A DNA stretch of 64,000 nucleotides from an uncultured Actinomycetota bacterium (GTDB lineage Bacteria > Actinomycetota > Actinomycetes > Mycobacteriales > Mycobacteriaceae), in contig CAWFYN010000007.1 in NCBI GenBank assembly GCA_963820045.1, positions 21,832-85,831 of the forward strand. The letters are read 5' to 3'. Shown here piece after piece: positions 41,222 through 50,386 of the stretch. Numbering within the stretch: the first letter of the stretch is position 1; the number at the start of each line of letters is the position of its first letter. The translations under genes were made by a program, and so were the position numbers. A model generated the notes under the pieces. That model was not told the DNA's origin. It did no database searches and saw only the letters and a program-made list of their open reading frames with translations.

Positions 41222-42363
41222 CAGCCCGCGACCCCGCGCAGGAATCGGTCGGTCACCCGCTGTACCCGCCGGGAGAATACGTGTCCGACGTGGCTGCCGT
41301 CATACCAGTACAGCTCGCCACCCCAGCGCTCCTGCAACGCAACCGCCGGCTCGCGCATCGCCATCCGGTCGTGCCAGGCGCCGACGATCAGCCGGCGATC
41401 CGGCGGCGGTGCCGGATCCACCCGCAGCGGATCGATCACCGAGGTCAACTTCGCCACCTCCGGGGACGCCAACAGCTCCCGGAATCCGTCCCGGGACGAC
41501 CCCCAGCGCCCCAGGTGCCGGGCGATCATCGCGTTGAGCCCCAGGATCGGCGTATAGAGCGCGACGGCATCGATCTGCCTCTCCAGGTGTGAAACCAGCG
41601 CGGCGACCGGGCTTCCCATCGAAATCCCCGCTACCACAACGGCGGTGGCCTGCGGTTGTACCCAGCGCACCACCGCGCGGATCTCCGAGACCGCGCGCAT
41701 CATGCCGGCAACATTGCCCAAGGGGTCCATGTCGGGGTAAGCGGGCCATTCGCGGCGCCGGCAGCCGTGACCGGGCTGCACCGGCATCGCGACGTTGAAT
41801 CCCAGCTGGTGATGTATCGGGCCGATGCGCGTCAACAACAGGTCCTCGGTGCCGCCCTGACCGGCACCGTGCACCCAGACGAGCCACGGCCTCGGGCCGT
41901 CGCGGTGCCGGCACAGGTGCACCACCGCCCTGGCCGGTCCACCCAGGCCCTCGGCTTCCAGCGTTTTCGGCAACGCCGGATCGTGCTCGAACGCCATCCG
42001 CTCATACGCGAGATTGCCGATGCGCCGCCGCCGCACCGACGTCGCGCGCAGCGGCGCCGGGTCGCCGTGCGCGCGGTCAATGCCCAGGGCGGCCAACTCG
42101 TCCGCCGCGGCCGTGCAACCGGCCAGGGGCCGTATCGCCGCCGGGCTCCCGCCGAGCAGCGAAAAGCCGCTCAGCACAAGCTCGTCCAACATGACCTCGC
42201 CGAACTGCCGCATGCCACGCGGCGACGCCGCGGCCCAGCCGGTCGATTGGTTCAGCCCGGCGACCGTACGGGGCAGCAACATGCCGAGCTCGCGGGTCGC
42301 CTCCCGGGCCAGACCCAGCCCGCGCGCCATCCTCGACATGCCCGCGCCAGCCGCCTCAGTCAT
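41221..42363 (-). CDS. Alpha/beta hydrolase
   Basis: ATG 42363 with GGAG RBS; VHGAG, GISMG, GAWHD, SHVG. Confidence 0.85.
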   Translation of the reverse strand: MTEAAGAGMSRMARGLGLAREATRELGMLLPRTVAGLNQSTGWAAASPRGMRQFGEVMLDELVLSGFSLLGGSPAAIRPLAGCTAAADELAALGIDRAHGDPAPLRATSVRRRRIGNLAYERMAFEHDPALPKTLEAEGLGGPARAVVHLCRHRDGPRPWLVWVHGAGQGGTEDLLLTRIGPIHHQLGFNVAMPVQPGHGCRRREWPAYPDMDPLGNVAGMMRAVSEIRAVVRWVQPQATAVVVAGISMGSPVAALVSHLERQIDAVALYTPILGLNAMIARHLGRWGSSRDGFRELLASPEVAKLTSVIDPLRVDPAPPPDRRLIVGAWHDRMAMREPAVALQERWGGELYWYDGSHVGHVFSRRVQRVTDRFLRGVAG

Positions 42364-42403
42364 TTCGCTCCTTGCCGTGCACGGGCCAGACTGCTGAAAT
42401 CTA

Positions 42404-42422
42404 TACTGTAACGGGCTTAGTA
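42404..42422. promoter_or_regulatory. 19-bp family site 4
   Basis: TACTGTAA-CGG-GCTTAGTA, left arm perfect. Confidence 0.6.
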
Positions 42423-42444
42423 TCAGGCGATCGGAGGCTTCGGC

Positions 42445-43464
42445 GTGAAAGTCCCCTTCACCTGGAAGGTAACCGGGTGGTTCATGGTCGGGTGGTCGCC
42501 GGAATTTCCAATCGGCGAGGTGCGGCCGCTGAAGTACTTCGGCGAGGATCTGGTGGCCTACCGCGACGAGTCCGGTGAACTGCACGTCCTGGAGGCGCAC
42601 TGCAAGCACCTCGGCGCACACATCGGCCACGGCGGCAAGGTGCTCGGTGACTGCGTCCAGTGCCCCTTCCACGGCTGGCGCTGGGGCCCGGACGGGAGCA
42701 ATCGGTACATCCCCTACCAACCCGACCGGCCCAACCGCGCGCTGCGGCTGCGCGTGTTTCCGGTGCGCGAGCAGTACGACTGCGTGTTCATCTGGCATCA
42801 CCCGGACGGCAAGGAACCGCAATGGCAGATGCCGGACATCTTCAGGAAGTTCCCGCAATTCGAGACCGACCCGGCGGCCTACTACCGCGCCTATCCGGAA
42901 TTCTCCCGACGCGCGGAACGCGAACCGGTGCATCCGCAGATCGTCGCGGAGAACGCCCCCGACAGCGCCCATTTCGAATACGTGCACCACGCCACGGTGA
43001 CGCCGCGGGTGCTGGACTGGAAGATCGTCGACCGCGAGTGGCAGTTCGTCGCGGGATGGCCGGACGCGCGCAGCGACAGCGCCGAGGATCTCGCGTTGCG
43101 GTTCCACAGCCATCTGTTCGGCCTGGGCGGGGCGATCAGCGTCTTCGAGGGGGCGCAGAACCACCGGCTGATCTTCACCTGCACGCCGGTCGATGACCAG
43201 TGTTCGGATCTGTTCTACTCGATCTGGTGGCCGCGAATCCCCGGCGATACCTCCGACGTGCCGGACGGAAAGCTGCGCGACCTGATCGAAAGGCAGTTCC
43301 TGTCCACCGTCTTCGACGATCTGCAGATCTGGAGGTACCAGAAATACGTGGAACATCCGGCACTCTCCAAGGTCGACGCGAAAGGGTACATGGCACTGCG
43401 GAAGTGGGCCACGCAGTTCTATGACGTCGCGCCGGAGGCGGCGAACGGTTGCGGGTCGGCATGA
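42445..43464 (+). CDS. KshA-like Rieske oxygenase
   Basis: CKHLG..CPFHGW; ENAPDSAHFEYVH; DDLQIWRYQKY. Confidence 0.9.
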   Translation: MKVPFTWKVTGWFMVGWSPEFPIGEVRPLKYFGEDLVAYRDESGELHVLEAHCKHLGAHIGHGGKVLGDCVQCPFHGWRWGPDGSNRYIPYQPDRPNRALRLRVFPVREQYDCVFIWHHPDGKEPQWQMPDIFRKFPQFETDPAAYYRAYPEFSRRAEREPVHPQIVAENAPDSAHFEYVHHATVTPRVLDWKIVDREWQFVAGWPDARSDSAEDLALRFHSHLFGLGGAISVFEGAQNHRLIFTCTPVDDQCSDLFYSIWWPRIPGDTSDVPDGKLRDLIERQFLSTVFDDLQIWRYQKYVEHPALSKVDAKGYMALRKWATQFYDVAPEAANGCGSA

Positions 43465-44082
43465 CGCAGCGACTGGCCGAAATCGCGGCCGCCCGAACAC
43501 ACCGCGATCGTCACGCAGGAATGCCAGGGAGCGGTCATCGGGCCGGACGCCGGGCTGGCGCAGCTGGCCGAGGAAGCACGTCGGGTTGCGCTGCCCAATA
43601 TCGTGCGGCTGTTGCCGGCGGCCCGGGCGGCCGGGGTGCGCGTCGTGCACTGCCTGGTGCAGCGACGGCCCGACGGGCTCGGGGCCAACCACAACGCCAA
43701 GATCTTCGCCATCGGACACGGTCAAGTCGACATCGCCCCGGGCACGCCCGGGGCGGCCCTGCTACCCGAATTAGGGCCCGAGCCAGGCGATCTCGTGCTC
43801 AGCCGCTGGCACGGCGTCGGCCCGATGGGCGGCACGGACCTGGACACGATACTGCGCAACCTCGGGGTCTCCACCATCGTCGTCGTCGGCGTGTCCCTCA
43901 ACATCGCCATTCCCAACGTCGTCATGGACGCCGTCAACGCCGCCTACCGCGTCATCGTGCCCCGTGATGCCGTGGCCGGCATACCCACCGAATACGGAGA
44001 AGCCATCATCGCCAACACGTTGTCGCTGCTCGCGACCATCACCACCACCGACGAGCTGCTCGGGGTGTGGACACAGCGATGA
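43461..44082 (+). pseudogene. Isochorismatase-family protein with +1 frameshift near 43491
   Basis: ATG 43461 (MTQRLAEIAA) then PEHTAIVTQECQ.. continues in the +1 frame with no own start. Confidence 0.8.
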
Positions 44083-44700
44083 CCGACACCGCACCCGTAG
44101 TTCGCGGCGGATTTCCCGAGATCGGGCCGGCCGACCACGCGCCGCCCGGCCTGGGCCGGTTCGTCGACGCGATGCGCCGCCTGCACGACCTCACCGTCAC
44201 CAGCAATCCCGACAGCTCGGCGTGGACCGCCGCGGCTCAGCACGTCGAAAACGCCTGCGCCCTATTGGAGGGCCATCAGGTTCCCGAAGGCATGGCGCCG
44301 GCCGGCCGAGTCCTCGAACTGCCCGGCCTGGGGCATCCCCTGCTCCCGCCGTGGATCGTCACCGAATCGGGTCCGAACGGCGTCACCATGGAAGGCCACT
44401 TCACCCGATCCCACGTGGGCGGAAACAACGCCGTGCACGGCGGCATGATCCCCCTGTTCTACGACTGGCTGTTCGGAATGGTGGTCTCCACAGCTGGATA
44501 TGCCGCCCACCCGCACCGCTTACCTGCATGTCGACTACCGAAACATCACCCCGATCGACGAACCGCTGACCGCCCGCGGCCGCATCGCCGACATCGACGG
44601 CAGGAAGGTTTTCATCTCGGCTACGATGACGGCCACTGATGGCACGCGGCTCACCGAAGCCAACGGCCTGATGGTCCGACTGCTCCCCCACCAGCCGTGA
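44079..44700 (+). pseudogene. PaaI-family thioesterase with +1 frameshift near 44499
   Basis: ..HGGMIPLFYDWLFGMVVSTAG | MPPTRTAYLHVDYR..; GGA-T-ATG. Confidence 0.82.
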
Positions 44701-44728
44701 AAGCAGCTCCCGGTACGCGAAAGGTCTA

Positions 44729-46381
44729 ATGCCTGACACAGCAACACAATTCACAATGCCCGCCGTCGCGGCAGCCGTCGCAGCCGCAATTCCCGATCGC
44801 GACCTGTTGATCCAGGGTGGGCGGCGGTACAGCTACGAGCAAGTGATCGAACGGTCGCACCGCCTCGCCGCTTACCTGCATTCCCGCGGGTTGGGGTGCC
44901 ACACCGACCGATCAACGCTCGCCGGGCATCAGGTCGGTCAGGACCTGCTTGGCATCTACGCCTACAACGGGAACGAGTTCGTCGAGGCGTTGCTGGGCGC
45001 ATTTCAGGCCCGAGTCGCCCCGTTCAACGTCAACTTCCGCTACGTGAAGAACGAGCTGCACTATCTGTTGGCGGATTCGGGGGCAAGCGCGCTGATCTAC
45101 CACGCCGAGTTCGCGCCGCGGGTGGCCGAAATCCTGCCGGACCTTCCCCAGCTTCGGGTGCTGATTCAGATCGCCGATGACTCGGGCAATGAATTGATCT
45201 ACGGCGCAGTGGATTACGAGAGCATACTCGCATCCTCCGCCCCAAAGCCACCGCCGGTGCAGCATTCGCCCGACGATCTGTACGTCCTGTACACGGGCGG
45301 CACGACGGGTATGCCGAAAGGCGTGCTGTGGCGCCAGCACGACATCTTCATGACGTCCTTCGGCGGGCGCAACCTGATGACCGGCGAGCCGTTTGGATCC
45401 GTCGAGGAGATCACGGCGGGGGTGGCTGCCGGTCCCGGCACCAAATTGATGGTCCTGCCGCCGCTGATGCACGGCGCGGCCCAGTGGAGTGTGATGACGG
45501 CGATCACGACCGGGCAATCCGTCGTCTTCCCGTCGGTCGTCGATCGTCTGGACGCCGACGACGTCGTCCGCACCATCGAGCGCGAGCGCGTGACCGTGGT
45601 GACGGTGGTCGGCGATGCGATGGCCCGCCCACTGGTCGCCGCCATCGAGAAGGGGATCGCGGATGTGTCGTCGTTGGCCGTGGTCGCCAACGGGGGCGCG
45701 TTGCTCACCCCGTTCGTCAAGCAGCGTTTGATCGAAGTCCTGCCGAACGCCGTCGTCGTCGATGGTGTCGGATCCTCGGAGACCGGCGCGCAGATGCACC
45801 ACATGTCGACGTCGGGGGCGGTGTCAACCGGCACCTTCAACGCGGGGCCGGACACATTCGTGGCGGCCGAGGATCTGACCTCCATCCTGGAACCGGGTCA
45901 CGACGGAATGGGCTGGCTGGCGCAGCGCGGTTACGTTCCGCTCGGCTACAAGGGCGATGCGGCCAAGACCGCCAAGACATTTCCCGTCATCGGCGGGCAG
46001 CGGTACGCGATTCCCGGTGACCGGGCACGCCACCACGCCGACGGCAGCGTCGAATTGCTGGGCCGCGATTCGGTGACGATCAACTCGGGCGGCGAGAAGA
46101 TCTTCGTCGAGGAGGTCGAAACCGCGATCGCGTCGCACCCGGCGGTGGCCGACGTGGTGGTGTCCGGGCGGCCCAGCGAACGGTGGGGCCAGGAGGTCGT
46201 GGCCGTCGTCGCGCTGGCCGAGGGCGCCCACGCGAACGCCGACGAATTGGTCGCACACGCCGGGGAGTCGTTGGCCCGCTACAAGCTTCCCAAAGCGATC
46301 GTGTTCCGCGCGCAAATCGAACGCAGCCCGTCGGGCAAGGCCGACTATCGGTGGGCGCGCGAGCAAGCGGTGAACGGCTGA
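44729..46381 (+). CDS. Acyl-CoA synthetase (FadD19-like)
   Basis: YTGGTTGMPKG, GSSETG, PGDRA, GRDSVTINSGGEKIFVEEVE. Confidence 0.93.
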   Translation: MPDTATQFTMPAVAAAVAAAIPDRDLLIQGGRRYSYEQVIERSHRLAAYLHSRGLGCHTDRSTLAGHQVGQDLLGIYAYNGNEFVEALLGAFQARVAPFNVNFRYVKNELHYLLADSGASALIYHAEFAPRVAEILPDLPQLRVLIQIADDSGNELIYGAVDYESILASSAPKPPPVQHSPDDLYVLYTGGTTGMPKGVLWRQHDIFMTSFGGRNLMTGEPFGSVEEITAGVAAGPGTKLMVLPPLMHGAAQWSVMTAITTGQSVVFPSVVDRLDADDVVRTIERERVTVVTVVGDAMARPLVAAIEKGIADVSSLAVVANGGALLTPFVKQRLIEVLPNAVVVDGVGSSETGAQMHHMSTSGAVSTGTFNAGPDTFVAAEDLTSILEPGHDGMGWLAQRGYVPLGYKGDAAKTAKTFPVIGGQRYAIPGDRARHHADGSVELLGRDSVTINSGGEKIFVEEVETAIASHPAVADVVVSGRPSERWGQEVVAVVALAEGAHANADELVAHAGESLARYKLPKAIVFRAQIERSPSGKADYRWAREQAVNG

Positions 46382-46425
46382 CCTGGCCAAGCGAGCAACT
46401 TCCGGTGGCCCCCGCCCATATTGTC

Positions 46426-46444
46426 TACTGTAAGAATTACAGTA
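46426..46444. promoter_or_regulatory. 19-bp family site 5 (perfect palindrome)
   Basis: TACTGTAA-GAA-TTACAGTA. Confidence 0.8.
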
Positions 46445-46495
46445 CGATCTTACGCAAGCGCTTGCCGTTCACGCCGAAGATGCTGGAGATCCAAG

Positions 46496-47704
46496 GTGAC
46501 GACCAACCTTCACGCTGCCGCCGGTGCCGACGGCCAGACCGTCAGCCTGCGTGATCCCTACCCGTTCTTTGCCCGCAAGCGCCGGGAATCCGGGGTGTTC
46601 TGCGGGACGGTCATGGACTATTCCAAGACGCCGGAGTCCCTGATGCCCAAGCGCGAATTCTCCGCGGTGTCCTTCGACGCGGCGAACAAGGCGTTCCGGG
46701 ACGGCCGGGTGTTCAGCTCCGCACCGTACGACAAGACGATCGGCCTCTTCATGGGTCCCACCATCCTGGCGATGGAGGGAAAGAAGCATCGCGACCATCG
46801 CAACCTGGTGTCCGCGGCGTTCAAGTCCAAGGCGTTGGCCCGCTGGGAGGACACCATCGTCCGGCCGATCTGCAACGCGCTGATCGACGAATTCATCGAC
46901 ACCGGCGAAGCCGACTTGATCCGGAATTTCACCTTCGAATTCCCCACCCGCGTCATCGCCCAACTGTTGGGGCTGCCCGCCGAGGACCTTCCGACGTTCC
47001 GCAAGCGCGCCGTGCAGTTGATCAGCTACCACATCGACTACGAGCGCGCCTTCGAGGCGTCGGCGGCGCTCAAGGATTACTTCGTCGAGCAGATCGAACA
47101 GCGCAAATCCCAGCCCACCGAGGACATCATCGGCGATCTGGTCACCGCGGAGATCGACGGCGAAAAGCTAAGCGACGAAGCCATTTACTCCTTCCTGCGA
47201 CTGCTGCTGCCGGCCGGGTTGGAGACCACGTACCGGTCGTCGGGCAACCTGCTCTACCTGCTGCTCAACCATCCGGACCAGTTCGCCGCCGTGCAGGCCG
47301 ACCGCGAGCTCTTGCCGCAGGCAATCGAGGAAGGGCTGCGCTTCGAGACGCCGCTGACCACCGTGCAGCGATTCACCACCGAGGACACCGAACTGGAAGG
47401 TGTCGAGATTCCGGCGCGTTCGGTGGTCGGCGTCTGCATCGGGTCCGCGAACCGCGACGAGCGGCGCTGGGATCGTTCGGAGGAATTCGACATCTTCCGC
47501 GAGCACCTGCCGCACATCTCCTTCGCCGCCGGTGAGCACACATGTCTGGGTCTGCATCTGGCGCGCTTGGAAACCCGCGTCGCGGTCGACTGCCTGCTGA
47601 ATCGGGTGACCAACGTCAAGTTGCTGACCGACGACGACCCACACATCCACGGCCAGCCCTTCCGTTCGCCGACGGCGCTTCCCGTGACGTTCGACGCCAA
47701 GTAG
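46496..47704 (+). CDS. Cytochrome P450 (paralog of 31758-32984)
   Basis: GTG 46496 after GGAG; AGLETT, EGLR, FAAGEHTCLG. Confidence 0.95.
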   Translation: MTTNLHAAAGADGQTVSLRDPYPFFARKRRESGVFCGTVMDYSKTPESLMPKREFSAVSFDAANKAFRDGRVFSSAPYDKTIGLFMGPTILAMEGKKHRDHRNLVSAAFKSKALARWEDTIVRPICNALIDEFIDTGEADLIRNFTFEFPTRVIAQLLGLPAEDLPTFRKRAVQLISYHIDYERAFEASAALKDYFVEQIEQRKSQPTEDIIGDLVTAEIDGEKLSDEAIYSFLRLLLPAGLETTYRSSGNLLYLLLNHPDQFAAVQADRELLPQAIEEGLRFETPLTTVQRFTTEDTELEGVEIPARSVVGVCIGSANRDERRWDRSEEFDIFREHLPHISFAAGEHTCLGLHLARLETRVAVDCLLNRVTNVKLLTDDDPHIHGQPFRSPTALPVTFDAK

Positions 47705-47713
47705 GGTCCGGAA

Positions 47714-48940
47714 ATGGTCAAAGTGATGTCGGGCTTCCGGGTCCTGGAACTTGCGCAATTCACGTTCGTCCCGGCGGCAGGCGCCATCCTGGCCGATTGG
47801 GGCGCGGACGTCATCAAGGTCGAACATCCGCTGCGCGGCGACACCCAACGCGGCTTCATCAACATGGGTGGCATTCAACTCGATCCGGAACGGCACCCGC
47901 TGATGGAACATCCCAACCGGGGCAAGCGCAGCGTCGGCATCGACGTCTCCACGCCGGGCGGCCAGGAAGTGATCTACGAACTGGCCAAGACCTCCGATGT
48001 CTTCCTCACCAACTACATGCCGGCGCAGCGGCAGAAGCACAAGTTCGACGTGGAGCACATCCGCGCGGTGAACCCGAACATCGTCTACGCGCGCGGTTCG
48101 GCTTACGGCGACAAGGGCACCGAACGTGACATGGGCGGCTACGACGGGACGGCGTTCTGGACGCGCAGCGGCATCGGGTACGCGCTGACGCCCGAGGAGC
48201 TGGGCGGCGCACTGGGACAAGGCATTCCCGCGTTCGGCGACTCCATCGGCGGCATGTTCATCGCCGGCGGTATCTCGGCCGCGTTGCTGCACCGCGAGCG
48301 CACCGGCGAAGCCGTCGAGCTCGACGTGTCGTTGTTGAGCACGGCCTGGTGGGCCGCGGGAGCGAGCGTCACGCAGGGCATGGAGACCGGCCAGGTCATG
48401 CGCACACCCATGCCCGGCTCCGGCGCACCCTCGGTCAACCCCTTGATGGGCAATTACGAAACCTCCGACGGCGGCACGATCAATCTGTGCATCATCAGCC
48501 CGACCGGCTTGATCCGCGACACCTTCGAGCATCTCGGCATCCCCGAGGCGGCCGACGATCCCCGGTTCTCCGACGTACTCCCGCTGATACAGAATGCCGA
48601 CGCGGCCGCCGCCCTGATCGCAAAGGCCTTCGCCGGCAAGCCCTTCGACTATTGGCGCCAGCACCTGAAGACGATGAAGGGGCAGTGGGCACCGTTCCAG
48701 AGCCTCCTTGACCTGGTCAACGATGAGCAGGCCCTTGCCAACGACATGATCAGCGAGGTCGAGCTCGGCGGCGGCGGAAAGCCTTTCCGCGTAGTGCGCG
48801 GACCCGTGCAGTTCAACCACGAGCCGCTGGAGACCACGAGGGCGCCCCAGGCCTCCGAACACACCGAGATCGTGCTGATGGAACTGGGCATGGATTGGGA
48901 CCGCATCGAGGAATTGAAGGAGTCGGGAGCGATCGCGTGA
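47714..48940 (+). CDS. CaiB/BaiF family III CoA transferase
   Basis: RVLELAQF..LADWGADVIKVE, NRGKRSV, GYD. Confidence 0.92.
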   Translation: MVKVMSGFRVLELAQFTFVPAAGAILADWGADVIKVEHPLRGDTQRGFINMGGIQLDPERHPLMEHPNRGKRSVGIDVSTPGGQEVIYELAKTSDVFLTNYMPAQRQKHKFDVEHIRAVNPNIVYARGSAYGDKGTERDMGGYDGTAFWTRSGIGYALTPEELGGALGQGIPAFGDSIGGMFIAGGISAALLHRERTGEAVELDVSLLSTAWWAAGASVTQGMETGQVMRTPMPGSGAPSVNPLMGNYETSDGGTINLCIISPTGLIRDTFEHLGIPEAADDPRFSDVLPLIQNADAAAALIAKAFAGKPFDYWRQHLKTMKGQWAPFQSLLDLVNDEQALANDMISEVELGGGGKPFRVVRGPVQFNHEPLETTRAPQASEHTEIVLMELGMDWDRIEELKESGAIA

Positions 48941-49068
48941 ATCGCGCCGGCGACGATGCAGTGGGGGTACCGCCCGCTTGTGGGGGACGGAGCGATGAGG
49001 TGGGGGCACGCCCCCACAAGTGGGAGGTACCCCACCCGCTTGCGGGGGAGAGCGGCGCTCATGAATGA
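48937..49068 (+). repeat. MIRU-type interspersed element with internal hairpin and 43-codon coupling ORF
   Basis: GTGA..CGCGCCGGCGACGATGCA..AGCGATGAGGTGGGGGCA..CCCGCTTGCGGGGGAGAGCGGCGCTCATGA; 48961-48986 pairs with 49011-49035. Confidence 0.8.
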
Positions 49069-50206
49069 CGTCGCAGTAATCGGTGTCGGCCTGCACCCGT
49101 TCGGTCGCTTCGAGGGCAAGTCCGCGATGGAGATGGCGGCGGACGCCATCCAACTCGCGATCGCCGACGCGGGCATCGAATGGAAGGACGTCCAGGCCGC
49201 CACGGGCGGCAGCTGGACGGTGGCCAATCCGGACGCGATCGTCGCCATGGTGGGTTTGTCGGGCATCCCGTTCACCAACGTGTTCAACGCGTGCGCGACC
49301 GCGGCCAGCGCCGCCAAGGCGTGTGCTGACGGCATCCGGCTGGGCGACTACGACATCGGGATCGCCATCGGTCTGGACAAGCACCCGCGCGGCGCGTTCA
49401 CCGAGGACCCGGCCCTGGTGGGGATGCCGCGCTGGTACGCCGAGAACGGGCAGTACCTCACCACCAAGTTCTTCGGCATGAAGGCCAACCGCTACCTGCA
49501 CGACCACGGCATCTCGCGGCACACCCTGGCCAGGGTGGCCGCCAAGAACTTCCGCAACGGGGCATTGAACCCCAATGCCTTTCGCCGCAAGCCGCTCTCC
49601 GAAGACGACATCCTCAACTCAGCGATGCTGAACTACCCGCTCACCCAATACATGTTCTGTGCACCCGACGAGGGCGCCGCCGCGGTGGTGATGTGCCGCG
49701 CGGACATCGCTCACCGCTACGCCAGCACGCCGATCTTCTTGCGGGCGGTCGAGGTGCGCACCCGCCGGTATGGCGCCTACGAGGTCAACACCACCTTCGC
49801 TCCGGTCGACGAGGACGTCTCCCCGACCGTGTACGCGTCGCGCGCCGCGTTCGAAAAGGCGGGCGTGGCGCCGCCGGACGTCGACGTCATCCAGCTGCAG
49901 GACACCGACGCCGGCGCGGAGATCATCCACATGGCCGAGTGCGGGTTCTGCGCCGACGGAGAGCAGGAAAAGCTATTGGCCGACGGCGCCACCGAGATCA
50001 GCGGCTCCATGCCGGTCAACACCGACGGCGGGCTCATCGCGAACGGCGAACCGATCGGGGCGTCGGGTCTGCGCCAGATCCACGAATTGGTCCGCCAACT
50101 TCGCGGCCAGGCAGGCGATCGCCAAGTCCCGGGTGAGCCGCGCGTCGGGTTCGCCCAGCTCTACGGGGCGCCGGGCACCGCCGCGGCGACGATCCTGACG
50201 ACCTGA
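49061..50206 (+). CDS. Thiolase-like protein (SCP-2/Ltp type)
   Basis: VAVIGVG, NACATA, DEGAAAVV, NTDGGLIANGEPIGASG. Confidence 0.9.
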   Translation: MNDVAVIGVGLHPFGRFEGKSAMEMAADAIQLAIADAGIEWKDVQAATGGSWTVANPDAIVAMVGLSGIPFTNVFNACATAASAAKACADGIRLGDYDIGIAIGLDKHPRGAFTEDPALVGMPRWYAENGQYLTTKFFGMKANRYLHDHGISRHTLARVAAKNFRNGALNPNAFRRKPLSEDDILNSAMLNYPLTQYMFCAPDEGAAAVVMCRADIAHRYASTPIFLRAVEVRTRRYGAYEVNTTFAPVDEDVSPTVYASRAAFEKAGVAPPDVDVIQLQDTDAGAEIIHMAECGFCADGEQEKLLADGATEISGSMPVNTDGGLIANGEPIGASGLRQIHELVRQLRGQAGDRQVPGEPRVGFAQLYGAPGTAAATILTT

Positions 50207-50217
50207 GCGGACGTACG

Positions 50218-50349
50218 CTACCTGGCGACGCTACGGCCGCAGGTGCATCGTTGGTCGGCCGGCACACGTTTCATCACGCTCTCGGCGTGCTGGCCGCAGC
50301 CCGCCCAGGTGATGTTGCCGCAGTGGCGGCAGCGTACGGGGTAGCACAT
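50218..50349 (-). CDS. 43-aa Cys-rich small protein (below ORF-track cutoff)
   Basis: MCYPVRCRHCGNITWAGCGQHAESVMKRVPADQRCTCGRSVAR; 6 Cys, 2 His; GAGAG upstream; follows trx. Confidence 0.75.
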   Translation of the reverse strand: MCYPVRCRHCGNITWAGCGQHAESVMKRVPADQRCTCGRSVAR

Positions 50350-50386
50350 GGTTGCTCTCAACTATCGGGACCAAGCGGCTGGGCCA

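Noticed and set aside
43440-43500. Programmed UGA readthrough fusing the Rieske oxygenase to the isochorismatase
   Set aside because: Explained more simply by an ATGA overlap plus a +1 indel; no recoding signal seen
42364-43725. 834-aa minus-strand ORF as a giant fusion
   Set aside because: Only 41221-42363 is a hydrolase with its own RBS/ATG; the upstream part is antisense to the KshA-like gene
48940-49060. CRISPR-like or IS-end repeats
   Set aside because: No constant repeat-spacer periodicity, no cas or transposase; fits a MIRU-type element
47168-49522. 784-aa antisense ORF spanning three genes and the MIRU
   Set aside because: P450, CoA transferase and thiolase all lie in the same frame, so this is the in-register GC-rich shadow frame; no motifs
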